Part shown: positions 24,126-38,800 of the stretch, in pieces
Layout of the letters: every line of letters starts with the position of its first letter
How positions within the stretch are numbered: position 1 is the first letter of the stretch
From: Mobula hypostoma
Lineage: Eukaryota
DNA: 64,000 bases
Reading direction: 5' to 3'
Assembly: GCF_963921235.1 (NCBI RefSeq)
Contig: NC_086097.1
Coordinates: 185,692,001-185,756,000 of the forward strand
Made by a program: the position numbers and the translations under genes
Notes under the pieces: model-generated
Database searches by the model: none
Told to the model about the DNA's origin: nothing
What the model saw: only the letters and a program-made list of their open reading frames with translations

Positions 24126-27100
24126 ATAAGACCATAAACCATAGGAACAGAATTAGGTCATTTGGCCTATTGGGTCTGTTCTGTCATTCATTCAGGGCTG
24201 ATTTATTTTCCCTCTCAACTGCCTTTTCCCCATGACCTTCAACACCCTTATTAAATAACAACCTATCAAATTCTGCTTTAAATGTACCAAATGATTTTGC
24301 TTTTATAGCAGTCTGTGACAATTAATTCTATAGATTCATCACCATCAGGCCAAAGAAATTCTTCCTCATTTCTGTTCTAAAGGGACATTCCACTATTCCA
24401 AGGCTGTGCCCTCTGGTCCTAGACTCTCCCACTACTGGAAACATCCTCTCCGTGTCCACTCTATCTAGGCCTTTCAATATACAGTAGGTTTCAATGAAAT
24501 TCCCTCCACCCCCCCCCCACTATTCTTCAAACTGCAGTGTGTAAAGGTCCAGAACCATACGTTAATCCTTTTATTCCCGAGATCATTATCATAAACCTTC
24601 ATGGGATCCTGTCCAATGGCAGCACATCATTTCTTAGATATGGAACTCAAAATGCCTCACAACGCTTCAGGTGTGTTCTGACCCATGCCTTGTAAAGCCT
24701 TAGAATCGTACCTTGCTTTTATATTCTAGTGCTCTCAATGAATGAAAAGACTGTATTTGTTAATATTATTTACCAACTCGACTGCAAGTTAACTTTTAGG
24801 GTTTCCTACACTAGGACCACCAAGTCCCTTTGTACCTCTGATTTCTGAATTTGCTCCCTATTTAGAAAATTTTGTATGTTCATAAATTCCTTCTTCCAAA
24901 GTGCATGGCCATACACATCCCTACACTGTATTTCACCTGCCACTCCTTTGCCCATTTTCCTAATCTGTTCAAGTTCTTCTGCAGGTTCCTTGTTTCCTTG
25001 ACACTACCTGTCCGCCAGCTATATTTGTATTATCGGCAAACCTGGCCACAAAACCATCAATTCCATCATCCATTTCATTAACATATAACGTGAAAAGAAG
25101 CTGTCCCAACACCAACCCCTGCAGAATGCCACTAGTTATCAGCAGTACACCAAAAAAGCCCCCTTTATTTCCATTCTTTGCCTTCTGCCAGTCAGCCAAT
25201 TTTCTATCCACGCTAGTATCTTTCCTGTAATATTGTGGGCTCTTATCTTGTTAAGCAACCTCATATGTGGCACATTGTCAAAGGCCTTCTGAAAATCCAA
25301 GTAATCAACATCATCCTTCTCTTCTTTGTCTGTCCTGCCTGTTATTCCCTCAAAGAATTTCAGCAGATCTGTCAGACAGAGTTCCCCTTAAGAAAACCAT
25401 GCTGACTTTGCCCTATTTTATCATATGCTTCAAGTACTCCAAAATCTCATTGTTAATAATGGACTCTAACAGCTTGTCAACTACTGAAGTTAAGCTAACT
25501 GGCCTGTAATATCCTGTATTTTGCCCTGCAACCCCCCCCCTTATAAAGGAGTATATTTGTGATTTTCCATTCCTCTGGAACTATTCCAGAATTTAATGAT
25601 TTTTGAAACATCATTACTAATGTCTTCACAATCTTTTCAGCTACCTCTTTCAAAACACTGGGGTGTAGTCTATCTGGTCCAAGTGACTTATCTACCTTCA
25701 GAGTCCAATGTTTCCTTAATTCTCTGATTTCCCACTAATTTCTGCTGTATTGTACACCCTCTCTTTTTGATTTTATGCTTTTTGATTTTCCTCATCGGCC
25801 ATGGTTACCTCATCCTCCCTTCAGAAGGTTTCTTCTTCTTTGGGATCTGAATTACTCCCTGAAAGCAGCCATTGCTGCTTACCATAATCCTGCTAGTGTC
25901 CTTTTCCAATCAATTTTGGCTAGCTCCTCTCTTATTTCTGTAGTTACCTTTACTGTAAAAATGATACATCAGATAGAAACCGATAAAACCGAAGGCACTC
26001 TCAATCTGCAGGGTGAATCTTTCATACTATGATCACATTCTTCTAAGGGTTCCTTTACCTTAAGCTCTCTAATCAAATCTAGTTTAATACAAAACACGCA
26101 ATCAAGAATTGCCTTTTCATAGTGGGCTCAACGACTAGCTGCTCTAAAAAGCCACCTTATAGGCATTCTACAAATTCATTTTCTTGGGATCTCGCACTAA
26201 CCTAATTTTCGCAAAGTACCTGCATATTGAAATCCCCCATGACCATCATGCAATTGCCCTTTTTACATGCCTTTTCTATTTCCCATTGTAATTTGTACCC
26301 CACATCCTGGCTATTGAATATATTTCCCGTCAGGGCCTTTTAACCTTTGCAGTTTCTCAACTCTACCCACAAGGATTCTATATCTTGTGATTCTATCTCA
26401 CTTCATTTGATTTCAACTTTTACCAACAAAGCTTCTTTCCACCACAACTCAGTGATGCCCTCAACGTCACACCTGCCACTTTCTAACTGCTCTACAAGAT
26501 CCTCTATTTTGTATATTGTGTGCATCTAAATATAATACCCCAGTCCTGTATTCACCACCGTTCTTTTTCAATTTTATTTCCATGTTGCCTGAGTTAAATT
26601 CTTACCTCTTTCTAAACCTTTTGTCTTACTCTTTATTCTGGAGACTTCTGCAACCTCTCCTGCTCTTTCCTTCATTTTTACTTTATCCATACTTTTCCAA
26701 GCTGTTGAACCCACCACCACCCCTACTATTTAGTTTAGAATCCTACTAACATACCTAGTTATGTGATTCATTCGGTCTCTGGTCCCAGTATAGTTTAGGA
26801 GGAACCAGGCCCATACTGGTGCAAATGTCCCACAAATTGAAACTGTCTTCTCCCACACAAATCTTTGGGCCACACATTTAACTCTGATTTTATTAACCAT
26901 ATACTAATTTGCACATTGGCTTACATAACAATCCAACAATTAATATCCTTTTGGTTCTTTTTAATTTAGTCCCTTGCTGCTCAATTTAGCTCAAAATAAC
27001 TTCTTTCCTTGTTTTTTCGTTGTTGGTGCCCTTGTGAACCATGACAAATGGATCTTTCTCCTTCCACTCCAAAATTCTCTGCAGGTCAGATGAGATGTTC

Positions 27101-27880
27101 CAAACCTGGGCACCAGGTAGACTACACAGCCTTTGGAACTCTCAATCCTTAGGATAGAGAATTGTGTCCTTTCCCCTAACCACACTATTCCCAATTACAT
27201 CTACATTTCTCTTCTCTCCCTCTACATCCCTCTGAATGTTTCCCCGAGCCACTGTGCCATCCTTCCTTTTGCCCCCACATTCATCTTCACAGGGAGAACA
27301 ACCCCAGACTTGTTGGGCAAGCTCAAGATCTGAGGCTTCTTCAGCACTATTTCTTGGACTCCCAACCACCCACCTCACTTGTCCCTGGCTACAAACCAGA
27401 TTTGAAATTTAACTGCTTCCTGAAAAACGTTGTTCAGGTTACTCCCTCCCTCTGTGATGCAGTGTTTAAAACTCAGATTCCAGGTCATCAGCTTTGAGCC
27501 TGAGTTCCTCGAACAACCAATACTCACTGCACATGTGGTCATTAGGAAACACAATGGGTCCACCAGATCCCACATCTTATAACTACAATGCATCACCTGA
27601 TCCTGCATCCCTTTTTCATTAGTCGTAATTTGGCATCTTTCCAGTTAACTATATAAAATAAATCCTTACCTGTTCTTTCCTGGTACTCATCTGTGCCTCC
27701 TTGCTGAAACCTCAGACCTTAGACTTCTACAATGGTCACTCTAAAGAGGCCTCCAGGACCTTGGCCTCTGCCTCTTCTCACCAAAGCTCATTACTGACTC
27801 TAACTCTGTCCACTCCAAAAATGGCTGCTCCCATAATGGTGCTCCGCTAAAACCTCACTTCTTTTATTGGTCCAAATAAA
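24126..27880 (-). mobile_element. Old, internally deleted full-span CR1 LINE (5'UTR, ORF1, ORF2, 3'UTR)
   Basis: ORF1 remnants (MHCSYKMWDL; KRNVDVIGNSVVRG), EN and RT remnants (RFADNT), and a (ccataa) tail. Confidence 0.8.
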
Positions 27881-28238
27881 ACTCATATGTAATCAGACTT
27901 GCTTTATTTCAATGGTTCTCGCTCTTGCACAGACTTTGATTTTGATACTCCAAAGTGTTACTCCAAAAATTAAAATATGAACCATTTCTCATCAAGAATT
28001 TAAGATAACTTTCTGGAATGTCATTAAAAGGAATGTGTATTTGCACATATGTCTTTACTATGCCCCAAAGCACTTTAGTGCTAGAAATTAGTTACTGAGA
28101 TGTTACCTGTGGTTTAATGTAATTTATAGATTTTTTTGCATTATCTACTGTTTTTCAATATCATTTAAATTATTATTTAAAATTTGCTTTTATTAGCTTA
28201 TTTATTGTATAGTTTAAAAACTGAAAGTTTTATAACAG

Positions 28239-28336
28239 GATCTCTCCAATAATCATGGAAACCACTAGGAAGGTACCAGTAATCCGCAAATCCCTGAAAC
28301 CAGCAAGACCATTGCATCGTTTATCTACTGAGATAG
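28239..28336 (+). CDS. Host gene coding exon 2 (ISPIIMETTRKVPVIRKSLKPARPLHRLSTEI)
   Basis: Acceptor ttttataacag, strong donor AG|GTAAGT, 98 nt open frame (phase 2 to 1) in non-repetitive DNA. Confidence 0.7.
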
Positions 28337-28539
28337 GTAAGTGGCCTTGTTTATTGCCTTGGTAGAGCATATGAAATGCTCTATTTATTGCAACCACTAT
28401 TCTACCAACATCTTATTTAAATAATTGTGTCAAAATAATTTGGTATATATGCAAAATTAATGTATGTAGGACATCAACAGCTGGCATTAATTCTATAAGA
28501 TGCTGCTGGATAGTATGATCCTCACAATAAGACTTAAAA

Positions 28540-28800
28540 TCATAGAATCATACAGCACAGAATAAGCCTTTTGGCCCAACTGATACATGCTGACCAAGAT
28601 GGCCATCCAAGCAAGCCCTATTTGTCTGCTTTTGGCCTATATCTTTCTGAACCTTTTCCATCCATGAACCTGTCCAAATTTCTTTTAAAAGTTCTTATTA
28701 TACCTACCTCAAACACTTCCTCTGTATATTCCATATATATGCTACCCTCTGTGTAAAAACAAATGTTGGGGAAAGAGACTATGAATTCAACTTATCTATG
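28540..28800 (-). mobile_element. Short degraded CR1 3' fragment
   Basis: catagaatcatacagcacagaa..ggccc 3'UTR signature. Confidence 0.65.
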
Positions 28801-29466
28801 GCAAACTTTTATAGGTACATCATGAAAGTGTACTTATTATGATGTTGAAAACTAATTGAAGGCTTTGGATGTGAATAACAATTGCAAATCACTCGTTGTG
28901 GAGACTCTGTCTACAATCTTACTAATCTTTGGAGTAAATCAGACGAGTTTTGGATTTCAAAAGATTCCCTCCCATCTGTTAACCATGTACCCAGCATGGT
29001 CAGCATAATGTTGATATGATTTGTCTTGATATTAATGTCTGAGAAGGCGAAGAAAACCTCATCAGGTGGTGACAAATATTTGCAGAACTGCCTGTTGGAT
29101 TTGGTGCCAAGCTTAAACAGCAGCAATTGGAACAGTTGCCCTAATCTCTCAATTTATTTTCTTAACAATGTATTTGCCAGAGATGTATACAAGATCTACC
29201 TGTGGCTTGTTTTAAGCAGGTAACTGATGTTGTCTTGTCCAGACTAACCAACCTAAATCATCTTTTCCACCAATGAGGTCAGTTCAAATGAGTCAGCTTT
29301 CAGATTTGCAACTCTGGCTGTTTTCCATTTATGTAAGGTGCCATTGACTGTGTGCATGTCCCATATAATGTAGGAGTGTCTGTCAATTTGAAACTTACCC
29401 TCTCTATTAATGCATGGCTGAACTGTAACCACGTTTTTTTCCCCTACATATGTGGACACGTAGTGT

Positions 29467-29700
29467 GGGCACGTGGCCAAGTGGTTAAGGCATTGGACTA
29501 GCGATCTGAAGGTCGCGAGTTCGAGCCCCAGCCGAGGCAGCATGTTGTGTCCTTAAGCAAGGCACTTAACCACACAGTGCTCTGGAGAGAGGAGACTTGC
29601 AGCATGGGCAACTGCCAGTCTTCCATACAACCTTGCCCAGGCCTGCACCCTGGAGAGTGAAGACTTTCCAGGCGCAAATCCAAGATTAACAGATGCCTTT
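29467..29700 (+). mobile_element. tRNA-derived SINE with CORE-like motif
   Basis: A-box TGGCCAAGTGG, B-box AGTTCGAGCC, GTGTCCTTAAGCAAGGCACTTAAC. TSD-like atgtggacacg (29450-29460) / atgtgcacacg (29710-29720). Confidence 0.8.
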
Positions 29701-30291
29701 AATTAATTAATGTGCACACGATAGCTGGGTTATCACCACAGTATATGCAACCTGTAGCAATTCATTTTCCCTAATCTCTACTCACCTTTATGTAGGGTTG
29801 CAGGAGCTTTGAGGAAGCAACTGTACTGACTGTACAACTGTTAACTGCTGTTGTATCCTGATACTTCTCTGATCCAAAGGTTCCTCAGAAGTCAAGAATA
29901 AGGCATAACATTTATGCTTAGAATTGTTTTATTAAGTTTTTCAAGAGTGGAAAATGAACAAGACACAGGAGCTGAGAGAACAAAGAAAAGACAAAGGAAA
30001 AAAGCAGTCATAACTGTATCATACTCAGACTAGAGATAACAAAAAATTGATAACAATTAATCTATGATATAGCCAGATTCAAGTAACGTGACACCTGCTA
30101 CTGAAAACTAAGAAGCTTCAAGAAAAATGCAGATACAGCCGTACCATATTAACTGAAAAGTTCACAAAAGAATTACATGCAATTACATAAGAATACAAGC
30201 ACGCATTGGAATGTTAATCTACAAGAGAAGTAACAATTCTACACCCAGTTGAAACCTCCCTGATTTTACAAAGGTGTAAATCACACATTTA

Positions 30292-30893
30292 GAATGTGGG
30301 CTGTAATGCTGAAGCTTTATGAGGCATTTGCCACATGGCACTTGGAGTATTGTGAGTAGTTTTGGGCCCCTTATCTAGGAAAGGATATGAAGATCCAGAG
30401 AATGTTCACGAGAATGATCCCAGGAATGAAAGGTTTAACATTTGAGGACTGTTTGAGGGCCCTGTGTCTGCACTCATTGGAATTTAGAAAAGTGAGGGGG
30501 GGATCTCATTGAAACCTATTGAATATTGAAAGATCTAGAAAGAGTGGACGTGGGATGCATGTTTCCTATAGTGGGGGAGTCTAGGACTAGATGGCACAGC
30601 CTCAGAATAGAAAGACACCCCTTCAACAAGAAATGAGGGGGAGTTTCTTTAGCCAGTTGGTGGTGAATCTGTGGAATTCATTACCACAGATAGCTGTGGA
30701 GGCCAAGTCATTGTGTATATTTAAAGCAGAGGTTGATAGGTTCTTGGTTAATAAGGGTGTCAAAGATTATGGAGAGAAGGCAAGAGAATGGGGTTTAAGG
30801 GTGGTAATAAATCTGCCATGATGGAATAGCAGAGCAGACTTGATGGGTGGAATGGCCTAATTCTGTTCCTTTGTCTTAAGGTCTTCATGGTCT
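30292..30893 (+). mobile_element. CR1 3' fragment
   Basis: HLEYC..FWAPY, RMIPGMKGL, FFSQLVVNLWNSLP, and a CR1 3'UTR. Confidence 0.85.
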
Positions 30894-31679
30894 AATCATT
30901 ACATCTGAAAAATCAGAATCAGAAAAACTTGCAGTACCTGTGTTAAGTATAAAATAATTAAAATTTCATCCAAGTTATGAGGGTATTTATAGAATTATGC
31001 CATTGTCAGGTACATTGTCCATATGAGTAGGTGCACATATGTGAGTTTAAGCAGCTCTATTATTAACGTTCCTCATACATGTAATTAAGATATAAATTCT
31101 GATTAGGCATATCAATGCAAATATTATGACTCATAATATCAAGTAATCCCAGTTTCCTAGATTTAATTGGATCCGGTCAAAGAAATTCGATCCATCAGAT
31201 TGATGTATCTTAGCTGCTTCTTTACAAATGTGTTCAGCCAATTCAGTTATGTGTAGCCTGGTCAGGTATATGAGTACAACACTCCTTGCCTATAACTGCA
31301 TGTTCCCCCTTGAATGCTAAGAGAATATTTTAGAGAATTTTACAATTTTGGGGAATCATGTTGCAAATTGCAATTATTCTGTTGTTCCTCTCTGGAAGGC
31401 ACTGATGGTGTCATTGCTTACTATTTCTAAACATTTCTAATCTCTTATAATTCTTGCAACACCATACCATAGGAATAAAATTGATGCAAAAACATCTTTG
31501 CCTGAACTGTACCATTTATTTCCAAACATGGGATGTAAAGTAAAAAATTGTGTATGTCTCACAGCAGTAAAGATATAGCCAAATAACAAGAACCTAACCA
31601 ATATTCTGGCAGGAAATATAAGCTCCATTTCTGCACATAAAATATGTATTCAGATACCTAAGATGCATCAGACTTTGAT

Positions 31680-32660
31680 ATAAGGCCATAAGAGTAGAAT
31701 TAGGTCATTTAGCCCATTGAGTCCATTCTGCCATTGCATCATGGTTGATCCAATTTTCCTCTCAGCCCCAATCTCCTGCCTTCTCTCCATATCCTTTCTG
31801 CCTTAAATATCCATAAAGACCTGGCCTCCACAGCTGCCTTTGGCAAAGAATTCCACAGATTCACCACTCTCTGGCTAAAGAAATTCCTCCCCATCTCTGT
31901 TCTAAAAGGACACTCCTTTATTGTGAGGCTATGTTCTCTGATCTTAGATTCTCCCACCATAGGAAACATCCTCTTGACGTCCACTCTATAAAGGCCTTTC
32001 ATCATTTGATAAGTTTCAATGAGGTCACCCCTCATTCTTCAAAATTCTGGTGAATACAGGCCCAGAGCCATCAAATGTTCTCCATATGACAAGCCATTCA
32101 ATCCTGGAATCATTTTCATGAACCCTCTTTGAACCCTCCAAAGTTTCAGCACATCCTTCCTAAGATAGGATAGGGGCCCAAACCTGCTTAGTATACTCCA
32201 AGTGAGGCCTCACCAGTGCTTTACAAAATTAAAGTTTCAACAGTACATCCGTACTTTTATATTTGAGTCCTCTTGAAATGAATGCTAGAATTGCATTTGC
32301 CTTCTTCACCTCAAACTCAACCTGCAAATTAACCTTTAGGTCCCTTTGCACCTTAGTTTGTTGTAATTTTGCTCTATTTAGAAAATAGTCAACCTTTTCA
32401 TTTCTTCTATCAAAATGCATTACCGTACATTTCTGATGCTGAATTCCATATGCATTTCTTTTTCTGTTCTCTTAATCTAAGTCCTCCTGAAGCCTCCTTA
32501 CTTCCTCAAAATTATCTGCTCCTCCACCCATCCTCATATGATCTGCAAACTTTTCAACAAAGCCATCAATTCCATCATCCAAATTATTGACATATAATGT
32601 AAAAAGAATCGGTCCCAAAACAGACCCCTGTGGAACACCACTGGTATCTGGCAACTAGCT
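31680..32660 (-). mobile_element. CR1 3' fragment (RT C-terminal half)
   Basis: SGVPQGSVLGP..KFAD, KANAILAFISRG and MRGDLIETY..NLWNSLP. Confidence 0.88.
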
Positions 32661-33046
32661 AGAATAAGGATTAAACTGCTCTTTGGGAGAAAGTATTAAA
32701 TTGCAGGAAGGTTATAAGCAGAAAGTAATAAGCAGGAAGCGGGAAGAGACAATTGAGAGCTACCATGTAACATGGAGTCCTTTAAAGGCCAGCTGGTTAG
32801 AGTTCAGGACTAGATTGTTCTTGTGAAATGAAAGTCAGGAATGACAAGCTTCAGAAACTTGAATTGCGGTATATTGTAATATTTGTCAAAAGTAAAGGGA
32901 AGCATATGTAAAATTTAGAAGGTTGAAACTGGACAAGACCCTTGAGGAATATAAAAGAAGCAGAAAGTACAATGAACTACAATAATTAGCAGTTAGTGCG
33001 ATGCTATCACAGCTTGGGACATTAGAGTGTGGCATTCAATCCCAGT

Positions 33047-35667
33047 AATAGAAACATAGAAAACTGACAGCACAGTACAGGCCCTTCAGCCCACAGTGCT
33101 CTGCCAAACATATACTTACTTTAGAAATTACCTAGGATTACCCATAGCCCACTATTTTCTAAGCTCCATGTACCTATCCAGGAGTCTCTTAAAAGACCCT
33201 ATCGTATCTGCTTCCACCACCATCGCTGGCAGCCCATTCCACGCACTCACCACTCTCTGCATAAAAAACCTATCCCTGACATCTCCTCTGTACCTACTGC
33301 AAAGCACCTTAAAACTGTGCCCTCTCATGTTAGCCATTTCAGCCCTGGGAAAAAGCCTCTGACTATCCACACGATCAATGCCTCTCACCCTTTCTATAGT
33401 TTCCACATCCTTCTTGTAGTGAGGTGACCAGAACTGAGCGCAGTACTCCAAGTGGGTCTGACGAGGGTCCTATATAGCTGTAACATTACCTCTCGGCTTT
33501 TAAACTTAATCCCATGGTTGATGAAGGCCGATGCACCATATACCTTCTTAACTACAGAGTCAACCTGCACAGCAGCTGTGAGTGTCCTATGGACTCAAAC
33601 CCCAAGATCCCTCTGATCCTCCACACTGCCAAGAGTCTCACCATTAATACAATATTCATCATATTTGACCTAACAAAATGAACCACCTCGCACTTATCTG
33701 GGTTGAACTTCATCTGCCACTTCTCAGCCCAGTTTTGCATTCTATCGATGTCCCACTGTAACGTCTGACAGCCCTCCACACTATCCACGACACCCCCAAC
33801 CTTTGTGTCATCAGCAAATTTACTAATCCATCCCTCCATTTCCTCATCCAGGTCACTTATAAAAATCACGAAGCGTAAGGGTCCCAGAACAGATCCCTGA
33901 AGCACACCACTGGTCACCGACCTCCATGCAGAATATGACCCGTCTACAACTACTCTTTGCCTTCTGTGAACAAGCCAATTCTGGATTCACAAAGCAAGGT
34001 TCCCTTAGATCCCGTGCCTCGTTACTTTCTCAATAAGCCTTGCATGGGGTAATTTATCAAGTGCCTCGCTGAAATCCATATACACTACATCTACTACTCT
34101 ACCTTCATCAGTGTGTTTAGTCACATCCTCAAAAAATTCAATCAGGCTTGTAAGGCACAAGCTGCCTTTGACAAAGCCATGCTGACTACTACTAATCATA
34201 TTATGCCTCTCCAAATGTTCATAAATCCTGCCTCTCAAGATCTTTTCCATCAACTTACCAACCATTGAAGTAAAATTCTCTGGTCTATAATTTCCTGGGC
34301 TATCTCTACTTCCTTTCTTGAATAAGGGAACAACATCTGTAACCCTCCAATCCTCCGGAACCTCTCCTGTCCCATTGATGATGTAAGGATCATTGCAGAG
34401 GCTCAGCAGTCACCTCCCTTGCCTCCCACAGCAGCCTGGGGTACATCTCATCTGGTCCCGGAGACTTATCCAACTTGATGCTTTCCAAAAGTTCCAGTAC
34501 ATCCTCTTTATTAATGTCTATATGCTCAAGCTTTTCAATCCACTGTAAGTCAACCCTACAATCCCAAGATCCTTTTCTGTAGCGAATACTGAAGCAGAGT
34601 ATTCATTAACTATCTCTGCTACCTCCTCCGGTTCCATTCACACTTTTCCACTGTCACACTTGATTGGTCCTATTCTCTCACGTCTTATCCTCTTGCTCTT
34701 CACATATGTAGCCCCCCTGGCCACCCTCAGGGTCGTTTGGCTCGAGTAGTCTAGGGAAACAGCCTCGGCCCTGCCAAACTGGATAATTCGTTTGCGTGGA
34801 TGCTGTGTGATGTACCCCACCCCGCCCAAATAACAGACAATACACCAGATGCAATTAATTGATTTACAGTTTATAGATATTATTGGAACTATATAATTAA
34901 AAGAGAATAAAATATAAAAGGAAAATAAAAGGCGCCACACTTATCAAAGTTCAATCTCTTCGTGCACAAAGACCGTTGGAGCTCAAGGACCTTCTTCTTC
35001 ACCCTGCGACCCCCTCGGACCACCTGGGACCAACAACGGTGGTCAACCAGATGCTCCACACGAGTCCGTCTCCGTCTCCTTGCCGAACATCCCGCTCGGG
35101 GTCCGACCCTGTTAGCGGACTCACAGCACCTGGTCCATCCTCTGTCTCGCTCTCCCGCCTTCTCCCCAAAAACCTCGCGCATACAGTATCTTCAAATACA
35201 CCAAAACCATAACAACTATCCCAATTGGTTAATAGCACTCTCTTATCACACACTAAAGCAAAAACAAACTGTTAGCGCAAACTTTCTGAGCGTTTAACAC
35301 AACAAAACCGCATTCCCCAGATTAACATAACAAAGACGCCATTTTAATTAGCCTCTGCAGTAACATAAAAGTCGAAACCCCCTTACACATACTTACAGAC
35401 TGCCTTGGGGTTTTCCTTAATCCTGCTCGCCAAGGCCTTTTTATGGCCCCTTCTGGCTCACCTAATTTCATTCTTAAACTCCTTCCTGCTAGCCTTATAA
35501 TCTTATAGATCTCTATCATTACCTAGTTTTTTTGAACCTTTCGTAAGCTTTTCTTTTCTGCTTAACTAGATTTTCAACAGCATTTGTACGCCATGGTTCC
35601 TGTACCCTACCATCCTTTCCCTGTTTTATTGGAACGTACTTATGCTGAACCCCATGCAAAAATCCCC
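33047..35667 (-). mobile_element. 5'-truncated CR1 LINE, interrupted by a solo LTR
   Basis: SQHGFVKG..CLTSLIEFFE, SGVLQGSVLGP, KFADDTK and LEYCAQFWSP; (atagaaac) tail at 33047. Confidence 0.9.
34707..35387 (-). mobile_element. Solo LTR (681 bp), Gypsy- or ERV-type
   Basis: TGTA...TACA ends and 4-bp TSD cata (34703-34706 / 35388-35391). The CR1 reads ctcttcacatactt across the site. CpG-rich, hence young. Strand inferred. Confidence 0.88.
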
Positions 35668-35816
35668 TTGTTGTCTGTAAGAACTCTGTATGTCCTCCCC
35701 ATGGAATGTGTGTTTTTTTTTTTAGGTCCTCTGCTTTCCTCCCAGTCTAAAGGGAGGAAAATTATGTAGGTAAATTGTCCCGTGATTAGATTAGGGTTAA
35801 ATTGGACTTTGTTGCA

Positions 35817-38800
35817 GAATGGGCAGGACTGGCAACTCAGTGTTCTGGGATTCTGTTATTTTAGATGTTAATAGAGCGGATGGGATTAAAGGGGGAGAGG
35901 TGGTATTACTAGTCAGTGAAAATGTCAGTGTTCAGACAGGACAGTACCTATTCAAATTTCTCTTAAGTGCTGAAATCGACCCTACATCCATTGGCAGCCC
36001 ATTCCACAGTTCTCTAGTGAGGCTTTATGGGTAGAATTGAGGAATAAGAAATGTATGACCACATTAATGGGATTATATTACAGACCACACAACAGTACAC
36101 AGGATTTAGAGGAGTAAATTTGTCGAGAGATTGCAGAATGTTGTAAGAAACATAAGGTTTTGATAGCAGGTGATTTTAACTTTCCACATATTGATTGGAA
36201 CTCCCATGCCATAAAAGGACCTGATGGGAAAGAATTTGTCTCATGTGTTCAGGAAAGTTTCCTTAATCAGTACATAGAAGTCCCAACTAGAGAGAATGCA
36301 ATACTAGATCTCCTATTAGGAAATGAGACAGGGCAGGTGACAGAAGTTTGTGTATGGGAACACTTTGCATCTAGTGATCATTATGCCATTAGTTTTAAGG
36401 TACTTATGGTAAAGGATATTTCTGGTCTTTGAGTTAAGATTCTAAATTGGAGAAAGGCTAGGTTTGATGGTATCAGAAAAGATCTGGCAAGTGTCAATTG
36501 GGAAAGGTTGTTTTCTGGCAAAAGTACACCTTCAAAAATGAAAATTTGGGAGTATAGAGTTTGTATGTTCAGTACGAATGAAAGACAAGGATAACAGATT
36601 TAGGAAATCTTGGTTTTTGAGAGATATTGAGGTCCAGGTTAAGAAAAATAAGTAGGTGTATAACAGATATGGGCAGGCAGGAACAAATACGGTACTTGAG
36701 TATAAGAAATGTAAGAGAACACTGATGAAGGAAATCAGGGAGTTTCAAAGAAGGCTTGAGGTTCCACCAGCAGATAGGCTGAAGGAGAATCCTAAGGGTT
36801 TCTACAGATCTAATTAGAGCAAAAGGATTGCAAAGGACAAAATTGGTCCTCTGGAAGATCAGAATGGTAATCCATGTGCAGATATGAAAGAGATGGGGAG
36901 ATCTTAAATGGATTTTTTGCATCTGTATTTATTTGGAAGACAGACACTATCTGTAGAAGTGAGGCAAAACAGCAGTAAGGCAGGCCATGGATCATATACA
37001 TATTATAGAGGAGAAGGTGTTTGCTATTAGAAAACAAATTAGAGTGGATAAATCCCCAGGCCTGACAATATGCTCCCTTGGACCCTGTGGGAGGTTAGTG
37101 CAGAAATTGCACGGGCCCTAGCTGAGATATTTAAAATATCCATAGGCATGGGTGGGGTGCCAGGGGATTGGAGGATAGCTAATGTTGTTCTGTTGTTTAA
37201 GAAAGGCTCTAAGAATAAGTCAGGAAATGATAGGCCAGTGACCCTGACATAAGTCATGGGAAAGTTATTGGAAGGTGTTCTAAGGGAATGGATATAGAAG
37301 TATTTGGATAGACAAAACTAATTAGGGATAGTCAACATGACTTTGTGTTTGATAGGTCATGTCTAACCAATCTTATAGACTTTTTTGAGTAAGTTACCAG
37401 GAAAGTTGATGAAGACAAGGCGGTGGATATTATCTACATGGATTTTTGCAAGGCCTTTGGTTAAGTCCCACATGGGAGGTTGGTCAAGAAAGTTCAGAGG
37501 TAGTAATTTGGATTAGATGAGGTAGTAATTTGGATTAGACATTGGCTTTGTGGGAGAAGCCAAAGATTGGTAGTAGATAGTTACTTCTCTGATTGGAGGA
37601 CTTTGATGAGTGGTGTGCTACAGGAATCAGTGCGTTTGTCTTTTGTTAGTCACCTGCATCAATGAACTGAATGATAATATAGTAAACTGGATCAGAAAAT
37701 TTGCAGATGACATCAAGTTTGAGGGTATACTGGACAGCGAGGAAGACGAACGAAGTTTGCAGACAACTATGACATTGTATTTTGGGAGGTCAAATGCAAG
37801 CAGAATTTGTCAAGGAAATGGCAGGATTCTTAGCAGTACTGGTGTACCTAGGATCTTGGGATTCAAGTTCTTTGTCTTCCTGGAAGTGATAACAGGTAGT
37901 AAATTGGTTTATTATTGTCACATGTGCTGAGGTACTGTGTAAAACTTGACTTACACACCATTCGTACAGAACTATTCATTACAATAATAGATTGAGGTGA
38001 TAGAATGTAAAACAGTAACTGAATAGTAATTACAAGTTTATACACTGGTAAAGAAGGCATGTGGCATGCTTGCCTTCCCAAGGTAGGGTATTGACTATAA
38101 AAGTTGGGAGGTCATGTTGCAGCTATGTAAAACTCTAGTTCGGCCACATTGGAGTATTGTGGACAGTTCTCGTCTCCACACAGCAGAAAGGATGTGCAGA
38201 AGAGGATGTTGCCTAGAGTGAAGTATATTAGCTATAATGTGAGGTTGGCTAAATTTGGATTATTTTCTTTGGAGCATTGGAAGTTGAGGAGCAACCTAAT
38301 AGAAAAAATACAACATTATGAGAGGTGTATAAAGGGTAGATACAATCTTTGTCTCAGTGTGGAAATGTCAAATGCTGGAGAGAATAAGTTCATGGAGAGA
38401 AGGGGAAAGGTTAAAGATTTGCAAGACAAGTTTTTACTTCAGACTAGACAATGTGATGACCCATTGGGGCACCCTTTGAGAGAAGGGTAGTGCAGTCTGA
38501 TGTGACCAGAATGAACGTTAAATTTTCCTGAATGCTATTGGTATCACTTTGCTTTGGAAACTGAAGTAGAAAGCCTCAGTTTATTAAAGAAGAACAATGC
38601 ATAGTAAAGCAAATATAGCTCCTCCTCATTTAACGAAGGACACTTTTGATGGCATCATTTCTGGTTTATCTGCCACCCTTGTGCCTCTTCTCATCATTCT
38701 GGAGACGTGCAGTCCTTTCATCTCTTTCATCTCCCCCATTTCTTCATCTCTTCTGCTGTTTGTTGTTTGTCTCTGATCCTGGAGATATGCATGCCTCTTC

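Larger units (their letters stand above)
32988..35815 (+). mobile_element. Degenerate V-SINE/HE1-like SINE split by the CR1 at 33047-35667 (pieces 32988-33046 and 35668-35815)
   Basis: tRNA-like head before the CR1; tctgtaag..tgtatgtcctcccc..ctttcctccca body after it. Confidence 0.5.

Noticed and set aside
28800..30290. Possible ancient transposase (28800-29400) and Penelope RT (29960-30290) remnants
   Set aside because: Only faint motif resemblance with many stops; needs a profile search.
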